Source of the DNA: an uncultured Ureaplasma sp.
GTDB lineage: Bacteria > Bacillota_I > Bacilli_A > Mycoplasmatales > Mycoplasmoidaceae
DNA length: 24,000 nucleotides
Assembly (NCBI GenBank): GCA_902800015.1
Contig: CADCCU010000002.1
Coordinates: forward strand, 68,650 to 92,649
Direction: 5' to 3'
The notes below the pieces were generated by a model. That model was not told the DNA's origin. It saw only the letters and a list, made by a program, of their open reading frames with translations, and did no database searches. Each line of letters opens with the position of its first letter. The first letter of the stretch is position 1. Below are positions 1 through 10,136 of this stretch, piece after piece. The position numbers and the translations under genes were made by a program.

Positions 1-622
1 TCATATTTGTATATGTGCCACTTATGTATTTAGCTGATAATGTTGAATTAAATGATTGACAAAAATTATTTAATTTTGCAGTATTACTACGACATGTAGT
101 AGCAAAACAAATTTCTGTTGTGCATGTAGTTACTGGTAAGATTGTCGTGCCTAATATTAAACCACCAAAAATATGAGAGCAGGCTATTTTTCCACTAATC
201 ACATTCTTTCTGCTAACTCTTTTCAATTTTGATTTTGACACTTTAGCGTAATATTTACCAATTTTTAACGCTTTCTTTGCTCATGTATAGTAGTTTATTA
301 ATAGAATGATAATTCCGCTTAATACCGCAATAAAGAAAAACATGATGGAAGCAATAGGTGCAACAATAATTCTTATTTCATCAATAGTTAACATAGAATA
401 ATCAATTTTAAACATATTTAATATGTTTACATAGAATGCATCAGGTAAATTGTTTGCTAAACAAGCTGATAATATCCAACCAATGCAATAAAAAGCAAAA
501 ATACCAACGCCTCAATACAAAGACTTTTTAATTCCACCAAAAAATCCAGTTATTAGCGGTATTATTAACAATAGAGAAAATACTAATAGTGGTACTCATT
601 CAAGACTAATTCTTCATTCCAT
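1..622 (-). CDS. Hypothetical multi-pass membrane protein (partial; the C-terminus lies beyond the window start)
   Basis: ATG at 622-620. I checked the minus-strand frame triplet by triplet down to position 2. It contains only TGA (Trp) codons, with no TAA or TAG. The translation starts MEWRISLEWVPLLVFSLLLIIPLITGFFGG and has several hydrophobic segments. I recognise no family. Confidence 0.6.
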
Positions 623-642
623 AATATTTTTATAATATAAAA

Positions 643-1074
643 TTAATATCTTTTCATCTCGCGTTTCAAATCACGCTCTTTAATTGTTTCACGTTTGTCA
701 TGAGCGTTTTTAGCTTTGCACAAGGCTATTTCAATCTTAATCTTGTTATTCTTTATGTAAACAAGATTGGGGAGACAAGCTAAACGTTCTTTTTTAATTT
801 GTTGTTGTAGTTTAATAATTTGGTTTTTATTTAATAATAGCTTTCTTGTTCGATCAGGAATTATTGTTACATTAGTAGCTTCATTGTAAGGCGCTACATA
901 CATATTTAAGATGAATGCTTCATTATGTTTAAAAACAATGAAAGCTTGATCAATATTAGCATTTGCTTTAACAATTGATTTAACTTCATATCCTTTTAAT
1001 GAAATTCCTGTCTCAATTTTTTCAATGATCCGGTGATTTAAATTAATTTTTTTATTTTTAAATAAAACATACAT
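643..1074 (-). CDS. smpB: SsrA-binding protein SmpB
   Basis: The translation (MYVLFKNKKINLNHRIIEKIETGISLKGYEVKSI...DKRETIKERDLKREM) matches the SmpB N-terminal and C-terminal patterns. I prefer the start at 1074, which gives the canonical N-terminus and sits 1 nt after the rnr stop. The track ORF extends to 1098. Confidence 0.9.
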   Translation of the reverse strand: MYVLFKNKKINLNHRIIEKIETGISLKGYEVKSIVKANANIDQAFIVFKHNEAFILNMYVAPYNEATNVTIIPDRTRKLLLNKNQIIKLQQQIKKERLACLPNLVYIKNNKIKIEIALCKAKNAHDKRETIKERDLKREMKRY

Positions 1075-1075
1075 A

Positions 1076-3253
1076 CTATCTATTACCCAAATGTTCAACT
1101 AATTCAAAATTAATTTTCCTTGTTAATTTATCAGCTGTAATAACCTTAACTTTAACTTTAGTGCCTAAACAAAATCTTAAGCCTTTTGTTTTACCTATAA
1201 GTTCATTTGTCTTTTCATTATACACATAGAAATCATTTTTTAAATTTTCTAATTTAATTAATCCTTCTATTGTGTTATCTAGTTCTACAAATACACCAAA
1301 TGAACTTACACTTGAAACAAAACCAATAAATTCTTCACCAATATGTTTAGTCATGTATTCAGCAAATTTCATAGCATTAACACTGCGTTCACATTGGATA
1401 GCAATTAATTCATTTTTTGATGATAATTCAGTAATTTCTTTTAAATGACTTGCAAGTTCACTTCGTTGAACATCATTATAATGTTCGCGATCAAATATAT
1501 ACATTCAGAAAAGTCTTGCAACAATTAGATCAGGATATCTTCTAATTGGTGATGTAAAATGTGTATAATTTTGTAATGCTAAACCAAAGTGACCAATATT
1601 ATTGGTATCATATTTAGCCTTAGCTAAGCACCTTAAAATAATTACACTTATTAGATCAAGATTAGGATTATCTTTATTGTTTTCAAATCAATTGCTTATA
1701 TCTTTAGGTTTAATATCTTTTAAGTTATTAGGAATCTTAAAATTCAATCGCCTAATGTCAGGAATCATGCTTTTAATTTTTTCTTCATTTGGTTTATCAT
1801 GTACCCGATAAATAAAAGGAATTTTATGATCATATGCAAATAATGTTACACACTCATTTGCTTGTAACATGAAATTTTCAATCATGTTTTGAGCTAAGCC
1901 TGTCTCATGTAATTTTATTTGAATTGGAAAACCAGTTTCATCTAAAAGAATTTCTGGTTCAGGAATTGCAAAATTAATATATCCTCTTGCAAATCTAGCT
2001 TTATTAAGTATATTATGAAGTTCTTTAGCATGCAATAACATTTGTTTAATTTCATGGTGTTCATTTTTAAAATCTGTTTTATTATCAAAAAAATCATTAA
2101 CCTCACCATAGTTAAATCTTCTTCAACTTTTAATATATGATGGGTATACATCATACTTAATGACTTTACCTTCATTATTTATAATCATTTCACAAGTCAT
2201 GGTTAGTCGTACTACATCGTAGTTTAATGAACAAATATCATCTGACAAGATGTGCGGTAACATTGGAATAACACGATCAGCTAAATAAATTGAACAACCA
2301 CGCTTCATTGCAGTTTTATCTAGTTCTGACTGGTAATTAACATAGTGAGCAACATCAGCGATACATACATACAACTTGTATGTATTATTTTGTTTAATAA
2401 CACAAATAGCATCATCAAAGTCTTTTGACGTTTTTGGGTCGATAGTTACAATTGGTAAGTTTGTTAAATCGCGACGAATTTGTTTTTGTTTGTCATCTAA
2501 ATTTACTTTTAGTTTACGACATGAGTCTAATAAATCATCACTAAAGTCTGGTTCAACACCATTATCAAGAACTATTGATAAAATATCAATACCAACATCT
2601 GATTTATGACCAATAATTTTAGCAACATGACCATATGCATTTTCTTTTTCATATTTTTTAATTTTTACTAAAATTTTTTGGTCATTAACCAAACCTTCAA
2701 TATCATCAAGAATGATGTTATAGTACATGTGAGTATCATCAGGAGTAGCACTATATTTACCGTCTTTTATATTGAAAACACAAACATAAAAATCTTTTTC
2801 ATGTTGAATTATTTCAGTTACAACAGCATCGATTAGAACGCTATCTTGTCTAGGATTTTTCACTACTTGAAACTTCACACGATCATTATTAAGTGCACCA
2901 TTTAAATTAATACGATGAACAAAATATTTTGCCTTTTGTTCATTACATAAAGTAATAAACCCAAAACGGTTGTGATTAATTCTAATTACACCCTCATATG
3001 TTTTAGATGTATCAACTTCACCAGTGACATAACCTATTACTAACTTCTTAGAAACTTTTAATTCCTTGATTAAACCATTATCAATCATTTTATTGATTAT
3101 TTTGTCATATAAATCATTAGGAATAAAAGATTGATGTTTATTAGCATCAATAACTTTTTTTAAAAGAATACTTCTTGGTATAGGTCGAGTTTCATCACCA
3201 ATTACCAAGAGAATTAATTTTTCTAAATCTAAATTTGTAATAAACTTTTTCAT
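1076..3253 (-). CDS. rnr: Ribonuclease R (RNB-family 3'-5' exoribonuclease with C-terminal S1 domain)
   Basis: Track ORFs 1076-1504, 1688-2041 and 2123-3253 are in one frame. They are separated only by TGA at 1505, 1688 and 2123, and I checked the intervening triplets for TAA/TAG. The RNB core is visible ([19 protein letters not shown]). An S1 domain ([23 protein letters not shown]) is present at the C-terminus. Length is 725 aa. Confidence 0.9.
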
Positions 3254-3256
3254 TTA

Positions 3257-3490
3257 TTACTTATGTAAAATTTTATAAACGATACAAATAACAGCCATTG
3301 TAAAGATTAAGACAAACATTACCATTTGGAGAATTTTAAAAAAACCACGATCTTTTGTTTTTTTGAATAATTCTAAATCTTGTCCAGCCATAGCACTTAA
3401 ACCAGATGTAGAACCAGTAGGAGATAATAGCAAACCAATGATGGTTGCAATTGCTCCGATTATCAATAATATGATTGTTCCTCAATCCAT
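3257..3490 (-). CDS. secG: Preprotein translocase subunit SecG
   Basis: This is a 77-aa two-TM protein. Reading TGA as Trp extends it to the ATG at 3490 (MDWGTIILLIIGAIATIIGLLLSPTGSTSGLSAMAG...). The SecG-type glycine/serine loop is present. The secG-rnr-smpB order is the usual one in Mollicutes and Firmicutes. Confidence 0.7.
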
Positions 3491-3508
3491 AATGTGATAT
3501 ATTATATA

Positions 3509-4159
3509 CTATTCTTTAATTAATGCAACCCCACGGCTTGTGCCGATACGATTAGCACCTGCTTTAATCATTTTAACCATATCTTCATGTATTTTTACAC
3601 CACCAGAAGCTTTGATTAATAGAGAATTTTTTACAGTTCTCTTTAACAATTTAATATCAGCAACTGTAGCGCCTCCAGTTGAAAAACCAGTAGATGTTTT
3701 TACAAAATCAGCCTTAGCTTGTTTAATGCATTTACATAAAGCAACTTTTTCTTTATCATTTAGTAAGCAAGTTTCGATAATAACTTTTAATGTTTTTTTA
3801 CCACATGCTTTTTTAATAGCTGCAATTTCATTAGTTACATATTTGTAATTGCCTTCTTTTACTTTACCAATATTAACTACCATATCAAGTTCTTGAGCAC
3901 CATTTTTAATAGCATCTTTTGCTTCAAGAACTTTAATAGCAGTTGTATTAGCACCTAAAGGAAAACCAATAACAACACATGTTTTGACTTTTGAACCTTT
4001 TAATTCTTTGTTAACCAACTTAACAAAGCATGGGTTAACACATACAGAAGCAAAGTTATACTTACGTGATTCTTTACATAAAGCTTTAATTTGTGCCTCA
4101 GTAGCTTGTGGAGCTAATAAAGTGTTATCAATATATTTTGCATAATTAATTGAACTCAT
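3509..4159 (-). CDS. deoC: Deoxyribose-phosphate aldolase
   Basis: The 216-aa translation has DeoC hallmarks (IDNTLLAP, ASVCVNP, VIGFPLG, DFVKTSTGF with the Schiff-base Lys, IKASGGV). An RBS (GAGGTA) lies upstream. Confidence 0.92.
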   Translation of the reverse strand: MSSINYAKYIDNTLLAPQATEAQIKALCKESRKYNFASVCVNPCFVKLVNKELKGSKVKTCVVIGFPLGANTTAIKVLEAKDAIKNGAQELDMVVNIGKVKEGNYKYVTNEIAAIKKACGKKTLKVIIETCLLNDKEKVALCKCIKQAKADFVKTSTGFSTGGATVADIKLLKRTVKNSLLIKASGGVKIHEDMVKMIKAGANRIGTSRGVALIKE

Positions 4160-4179
4160 ATATACCTCATTTCATACTA

Positions 4180-4887
4180 TTATAAATTTATTGCTACTTC
4201 TAAAGCTAATTTTGTCATAGTTTTAAAAGAAGTTTGACGTTCATAAGGATTCATTGATTTTTTGGTGATTAAACTATCACTGCAAGTCAAAAGAGTTAGG
4301 CCTTGTTTTTTTAATTTAATTGCATTAGCATATAAACCAAAAGCTTCACATTCAAGTGATTCAGCATTTCCTGATATCTTTTTTAGTTGAGCAATATTAT
4401 ATTTTGAATAAAAAGCATCTTCACTAAATACTCTTATTTGTTTGCAATTAATTTTATTTTTCTTAGCAATTTTTAATGTTAAATCTAAAATGCTTTTAGT
4501 TGGTTTTAAAATTTTATTAATAGCTTTAACACCAATATCATTTGCATATGGACTATTACTATATGCTTCAGTTGCTACACCAACATCACCAACATTAAAG
4601 TCTTTACTAATTGATCCAGTTGAACCAACACGAATGATGCATTTTACATCATAAAATTTATATAACTCATGTGAATAAATACCAATACTTGGAATTCCCA
4701 TGCCACTTCCAAAAACTGTTACTTTTTTATTCTTATAATATCCAGTAAAGCCTAACATTCCTCTAACTTGGTTAACAAGTTTTACTTTTCTTAAAAATGT
4801 TTCAGCAATTCATTTAGCTCTTAATGGGTCACCAGGCATTAAAACTACATCAGAAATTTCACCTTTTAATTGAATATGTACGCTCAT
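4180..4887 (-). CDS. deoD: Purine nucleoside phosphorylase DeoD-type
   Basis: The track ORF 4180-4758 extends through TGA-Trp at 4810 to the ATG at 4887. The N-terminus ([32 protein letters not shown]...VRGMLGFTG) closely parallels E. coli DeoD. Confidence 0.92.
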
Positions 4888-4934
4888 ATTATTCTCCAAT
4901 ATTTTAATTTTTATATAAAATGATTATATTATTT

Positions 4935-4940
4935 TATAAT
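4935..4940 (+). promoter_or_regulatory. Putative -10 box (TATAAT) for ppa, 7 nt upstream of the ATG (leaderless candidate)
   Basis: TATAAT lies at 4935-4940 and the ATG at 4948. There is no Shine-Dalgarno sequence between them. Confidence 0.4.
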
Positions 4941-4947
4941 GTAATAT

Positions 4948-5508
4948 ATGAAATATAACACACTAATAAAAATCAATGTTGTAATTGAGATTCCTAAAAA
5001 TTCAAACGTTAAATATGAATATAATCGTACTAATGGTCAAATAAGCGTTGACCGTATCTTATATGGTCCTAGTGTTTACCCTGAAAATTATGGTTTTATT
5101 CGTGATGCATTAGATTGAGATGGTGATGAACTAGATGTTCTAGTAATTGCTGATCAATCATTTATGCCTGGAATTGAAGTACCTACAAGAATTCTAGGCG
5201 CAATGACCATGGTTGATTCGGGTGAATCAGATACCAAATTAATTGGTGTAATTGATTGCGACCCTCGTTTTAAAGATTATAATTCTTTAGATGATTTACC
5301 TAAACATAAGCTTCATGTAATTCGTGATTTTTTTGAAACATATAAAAGATTACAAAAGAAAGATGTTAAGGTTGGTGATTTTAAAGATGCTGAATGAGCA
5401 GTTAAAGAGCTTGAAGAATGTAGACAATTAATGTCTAAATATGGTAAAATGCCAAAAGAAGATTTTTTGGCTAAAATGAAAAAAGAACATCCAGAAAAAT
5501 ATTGTTAA
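4948..5508 (+). CDS. ppa: Inorganic pyrophosphatase (family I)
   Basis: The translation ([26 protein letters not shown]...[23 protein letters not shown]...) shows the family I PPase signature. There are two in-frame TGA-Trp codons (5116, 5395). The gene ends at TAA 5506-5508. Confidence 0.92.
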
Positions 5509-5523
5509 TTTATGAAATAACTA

Positions 5524-5548
5524 AGTGAAGCATTTGCTTCACTTTTTA
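5524..5548. terminator. Rho-independent terminator between convergent genes (probably bidirectional)
   Basis: The stem AGTGAAGCA (5524-5532) pairs with TGCTTCACT (5535-5543) and is followed by TTTT. An A-rich run lies on the other side. The hairpin sits between the ppa stop (5508) and the stop of the minus-strand ORF (5552). Confidence 0.6.
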
Positions 5549-5551
5549 TTT

Positions 5552-5989
5552 CTAATTAATTTTTACATTTACTAGGTCATCTGATAAATTTAATTTCTTT
5601 GAAATTTTAATAATTTTTATCAATATTTCATATCAATAAGTTTTTTCAAAAGGTGAAAATTCGTATCTTTTCTCACATTGATCTTTTGTATAAGACAACA
5701 ATTCATTAAATAATGTTTTATTTTCTTTTAATGACTTCATATTAATTCCAGCATCATCAATAATAATTGATAATATTTTCTTAAAGTCATCGGTGTGGGC
5801 ATGATATTTTAATCGATTTCTTAACATTCTTATTGTGTACTCTAATAGATATGATAAGGTAACTTCAATGTTTTCATTATTAATCATGCTGTAATAAGAT
5901 ATTAATGCAAAGCTGTCTTCGGGAATGCTTATATTGATATTTCTTTGATAAGTTCCTTTGACATTAGTTAATTTATTTTTATTTGTCAT
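5552..5989 (-). CDS. Hypothetical protein (145 aa), divergent from mraZ
   Basis: The track ORF 5633-5989 ends at a TGA (5633-5635). Reading it as Trp extends the frame to TAG at 5552-5554. An AAGGA RBS lies upstream of the ATG at 5989. I recognise no family. The N-terminal segment QRNINISIPEDSFALISYYSM is faintly ribbon-helix-helix-like. Confidence 0.6.
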
Positions 5990-6120
5990 AAAATTCCTTT
6001 CAATATTCGATTTTATTCGTAAGAATAAATAATAAGTCTTAAAAAATTTTGAAATTTTTTAGCAAAAATTACAAAAAATTTGGATTTTTTTTATTTTTTT
6101 GCATTTTTTTGTTTTTTGTG

Positions 6121-6126
6121 TATAAT
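6121..6126 (+). promoter_or_regulatory. Putative -10 box (TATAAT) of the mraZ/dcw promoter
   Basis: TATAAT lies at 6121-6126, 30 nt upstream of the mraZ ATG. It is preceded by phased T-tracts. Confidence 0.5.
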
Positions 6127-6152
6127 AAGTGTAATAAAGTGGAGGAAAGTGG
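6126..6152 (+). promoter_or_regulatory. Putative MraZ operator: three direct repeats with 10-bp phasing
   Basis: TAAGTGT (6126-6132), AAAGTGG (6136-6142) and AAAGTGG (6146-6152) are each separated by 3 nt. They sit between the -10 box and the mraZ ATG and overlap the GGAGG RBS. This is the AAAGTG[G/T]-type arrangement described for Mollicutes MraZ autoregulation. Confidence 0.6.
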
Positions 6153-6155
6153 TGA

Positions 6156-6593
6156 ATGTTACTAGGTACATATAATCATTCGTTAGATAGTAAAAAACGT
6201 CTAATTATCCCTTCAAAAATAGCTGCTAAACTTGATAAAGAAGTAGTAGTAAGTAAGGGATTCGATGGTTGTTTAGAACTAAGAACAGAAGCTGAATTTG
6301 AGAAATATTCTCAAAAACTTTTACAACTTTCCCAAAATAAGAAAGAATCACGTATTCTTATTCGTCAACTATTAGCTAATGCTGCAAACTTATCAATTGA
6401 TAGTGCTAATAGAATCCTAATACCTAATGTATTGTTAAATGAAACCAAAATCAAAACTCAAGTAACCATTATAGGTTTAGGTGACAAATTAGAAATTTGA
6501 GATACTGATTCATACAACAAATTCAAAGAATTAACTGACAATACATATGAAGATATAGCTGAAAGAATCGATGATAAAAATGACAACCATTAA
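6156..6593 (+). CDS. mraZ: Transcriptional regulator MraZ
   Basis: MLLGTYNHSLDSKKRLIIPSKI... and a second SpoVT/AbrB-like half (DSANRILIPNVL) are present. The frame extends through TGA-Trp at 6498 to TAA 6591-6593. Length is 145 aa. Confidence 0.92.
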
Positions 6594-7530
6594 ACATGTG
6601 CCAGTATTATTAAATGAATGCATTAAGATGTTAGATATAAATCCTAATGGTATTTATGTTGATGCTACCGCTGGTATGGGTGGTCATGCTGCAGCAATTT
6701 TATCAAAGCTTAATCACGGCAAACTTATTTGTTTTGATCGTGATGGTTTTGCAATTGAAACATTAAAAAATAAATTTGCTAATAATAGTAATGTAAGAGT
6801 AATTAAATCAAACTTTGCTGATATTGCTAATAAACTTAAAAAAATTTCTATTAAATATGTTGATGGCATTTTAGCTGACCTAGGTGTATCTTCACCAATG
6901 TTTGATAATGCATCACGTGGTTTTAGTTATAAACTAGGCGCTAAGTTAGATATGCGTATGGATCAAGAACAAAAACTTGATGCATGATTTGTTGTCAATA
7001 AATATTCATATGAAAGACTTACTACTTTGTTTAGTAAATATGGTGAAGCAACAGAAGCAAAAAAAGTTGCTAGAGCTATTTGTAAATATCGCGATAATAA
7101 AACAATTAACACAACTAGTGAACTAGTTGACATTATTAAGGACGCTATTTCATATAAGAATATTTATAAGAAAAAACATCCAGCGCGCATATACTTTCAA
7201 GCATTAAGAATTGAAGTTAATGACGAACTGAATGAATTAGAAAAATTCATTAATGCTGCTAGTCAACTATTATCTTTTAAAGGAAAAATGGCTATTATTT
7301 CTTATCATTCTTTAGAAGATAGAATCATTAAGAACGAATTTAATAGATTAACATCAACAACAATTCCTGTAGAAGTGCCAATTATTGATGAAAAAATCAA
7401 CTATTGTTTGATTAACAAACATCCAATTATTCCTAGTGAACAAGAACTTGCTATTAATAATCGTGCACGTTCTGCAAAACTACGTGGAATTATATGCGTT
7501 GATACAACAAGAGGTGAAACTCATGTATAG
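6580..7530 (+). CDS. rsmH: 16S rRNA (cytosine1402-N4)-methyltransferase RsmH (MraW)
   Basis: KHVPVLLNECI, DATAGMGGHA and DLGVSSPMFD motifs are present. Track ORFs 6571-6987 and 7027-7530 are in frame across TGA 6985. The start is either 6580 (MTTIKHVPVLL) or 6571. Confidence 0.9.
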
Positions 7531-8761
7531 TTTAAAAAATGTTTTCGGAATAATATCATTTGAAACTAAATATATTAAGATCACCGTTGCAGAGATTTCT
7601 AAAAATGAAACTCATTGTTTATACTTTAAAAAAGTAACATATCCAGGTTGTGATATTAATTTTAAACTAAATGATTTTAATGGTACAAAAGCTATTTTAA
7701 CTAACGAGTTAATAAAGGTTGATTCATTTATTGGTATTAAAGTAAAACGTTATGTTTTAAACATCCCTAATTTACCAATTAATATGACAAGCCAAACTAT
7801 CTCTAATGATAATTTTAAATCAGAAGAAGATATTTATAGATATATTGATACCCACCCTTATTATCCAGGCACAATATGTATTAAAAAACAAATTCTTGGT
7901 TATGTTGTGAATAACCAATTAATAAAACGAATGCCAAATCAAACTGATTTTTCAGTTAAATGTTTAAACTGTTTTATCAATAAAAATTTTATCGAGGAAT
8001 ATGAAAATTTATTCAATAAATTGTTCATTAGAATTATTGATTTTTATATTAATGCTTTTGAATATAAAGATACATTTTCAGCAAATGCAAGTAATGCATT
8101 GTTAATTGATATCTATGAAAAACAATGCAATCTTATCGAATATAATAAAGAACACGAAATTGTTTATGCACAAACAATTAATTTAGGAACAGATTGATTC
8201 TTAAATCAATTAGTTAATAAATTAGAAATAGATCCTATTAGAAATGTTGAACAACTAATTCAAAGTATAAAATATACTGCTAGTTGTACTGAAAATCCCG
8301 TAGTTGCAAATTACTTTAAAGATAAATATCTAAGAACAAAACAATTAAAATTAGAAGAATTCAAGAAAATTTGTTTATCAACTGTTATTAAGCAAATTAA
8401 TAAATTGGATGCATATTTAATTGATAAACAATTTGATGAAATTAAAATTCAATGCAACAACAAATTTAATGAAATATATTCATTAGCTTGTGATTTAGGA
8501 TATTTAAAAATTAAAAATGTAAATATAGAAATTGACAACGAAACTATCCTAGGTATTGAAGATGAATATATTAGTAATTTAGTGCATATTTTAAAAGATT
8601 TAAACCAACGCTACGAGTTAACTAAAGATATGAAATTAACAAGTATTGACCCATTCTTCTCCGAGGATATAAGTCGGAGTCAATTCCACAAGAATATAAT
8701 GATCAAACTAGGAATTCAAAGTACAAAAATGTGAGCAAAATTAGGAGATGGAGGCGAATAA
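7523..8761 (+). CDS. ftsA: Divergent FtsA-like cell-division protein (actin-fold; nucleotide-binding motifs degenerate)
   Basis: The gene lies between rsmH and ftsZ. A GAGGTGA RBS (7511-7517) precedes the ATG at 7523. Track ORFs 7436-8197 and 8405-8734 are in frame across TGA 8195 and 8732, and the frame ends at TAA 8759-8761 (412 aa). There is weak FtsA-like patterning (GIISFETKYIKITVAE; LLIDIYEKQCNLIEY...INLGTDWF). The call rests mainly on synteny. Confidence 0.55.
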
Positions 8762-8762
8762 T

Positions 8763-10136
8763 ATGGCAATAATAGATGAAATAATCAGTCACAAAGAAGA
8801 ACAAAGAAAAAACAATAATATCAATGAAATGATATCAAAAACAAAATTTAAAAATAACTTTTCAGATCTTGAAAGTAATTATGGTAATTTCAAAATTACT
8901 GTATTAGGTATTGGTGGTGCAGGATGTAATGTTATCGGCCAAATGAAAACAACTCGTAAATGGGCAGATAATGTTACATTCTATGCAATGAACACTGATA
9001 TTGGTTCATTAAAAAGAATCTGAACTTGTACAGATGTATGGTTATTAGGAAAAGAAAAATTTCGTGGTGGTGGTAGTGGTGGTGATCCAATTGTTGGTGA
9101 AACTGCAGCAAATAATGATAAAGAATCTATAAAGATGATTCTTCAAGGTACAGATTTACTATTCTTAATTGCAGGATTAGGTAAAGGAACTGGAAGTGGT
9201 GCTATGCCAGTAGTTGCTAAAATAGCTAAAGATATGAATATCTGCACAGTTTGTTTGATGCATTTACCAAGTGTTCAAGCAGAAGGACAAAAAGTATATA
9301 TTAATGCTTTAGAGCATTTCAAGAAAACAATTGCTATTTGTGATTCTTATTGCACAATTAGCAATGATCGAATCATTAACAATAACAATGGTGAGCCATT
9401 ATCATTATTAGCATCATATACTCGTTCAAATGAAGAGATTGCTAACATTATTAATGTGGTAACTAATATTATTAATGAGCCAACCAATATTAATATTGAC
9501 TTTGCTGATGTTCATAATTTCTTTAAGAAAAACCATTCATTTATGGTGTCAACTGTTGTATTGAATAGTAAGCAATACACAAAACAAGAATTATTTAAAA
9601 ATATTCTAAATGCTATTAATAACAGTTACTGCAACTTGTCAATTGATAAAACATCAAATATTCTAGCTAATATTGATATTTGTGAAGACACTTCAAGCAA
9701 CATTGTTTCTGATATTCGTGAAGTATTTATTGATTTATCAAAAAATAACGAACTATGGATAACTAATGGTATTAACTACCATAAAGATGATGACAAAATT
9801 ACTTTGAGCTTTTTAATTTCATCTAATGGCACATACAATAATGATTTAAACATTAAAACTCAAAATGATGTTTTTAATAAAAATGCAAACAAATTCATCG
9901 AATCTGATGACGAATTAATTAATAATGCTAAATTTAATGCCATTAAAAATGAAATCGATGAAGATGATGAATTATCTAAAGGATTCGCTTCCGAAGATTT
10001 CATTAGTGGTGATGATGAAGAAATCGCTAACATTCATAGTACTAAAAGATTAGACTCTGATGAATGTAAGCAAATTTTAACTGAAGCTTTGAATGATATT
10101 AACGATATTAAAAATCAAGATAACTACAGTAATTAA
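8763..10136 (+). CDS. ftsZ: Cell division protein FtsZ with a long acidic/Asn-rich C-terminal extension
   Basis: VLGIGGAGCNVIGQM, AMNTD, LLFLIAGLGKGTGSGAMPVVAKIAK and NIDFADV are present. Track ORFs 8748-9023 and 9135-10136 are in frame across TGA 9021. I prefer the start at 8763 because GGAGG (8750-8754) lies 8 nt upstream. The ATG at 8748 is an in-frame alternative. Confidence 0.9.

Noticed and set aside
1602-2609. Track ORFs 1602-1811(+), 1942-2175(-) and 2376-2609(+) inside the rnr locus
   Set aside because: They are antisense or off-frame shadow ORFs lying entirely within the well-supported RNase R reading frame. Their translations are low-complexity and hydrophobic, and I see no RBS.
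3540-4654. Track ORFs 3540-3848(+) and 4442-4654(+), antisense to deoC and deoD
   Set aside because: These are shadow ORFs opposite strongly recognisable enzymes. They have no start context and no family resemblance.
7436-7522. Upstream extension of the ftsA-like ORF into rsmH (track start at 7436)
   Set aside because: It overlaps the conserved C-terminus of RsmH. A good RBS (GAGGTGA) precedes the ATG at 7523, which is the more plausible start.
10133-10136. 4-nt overlap of the convergent ftsZ and grpE stop codons, with no terminator between them
   Set aside because: The overlap is real in the sequence (AATTAATT), but such tail-to-tail overlaps are common in compact AT-rich genomes. It does not by itself suggest a function.
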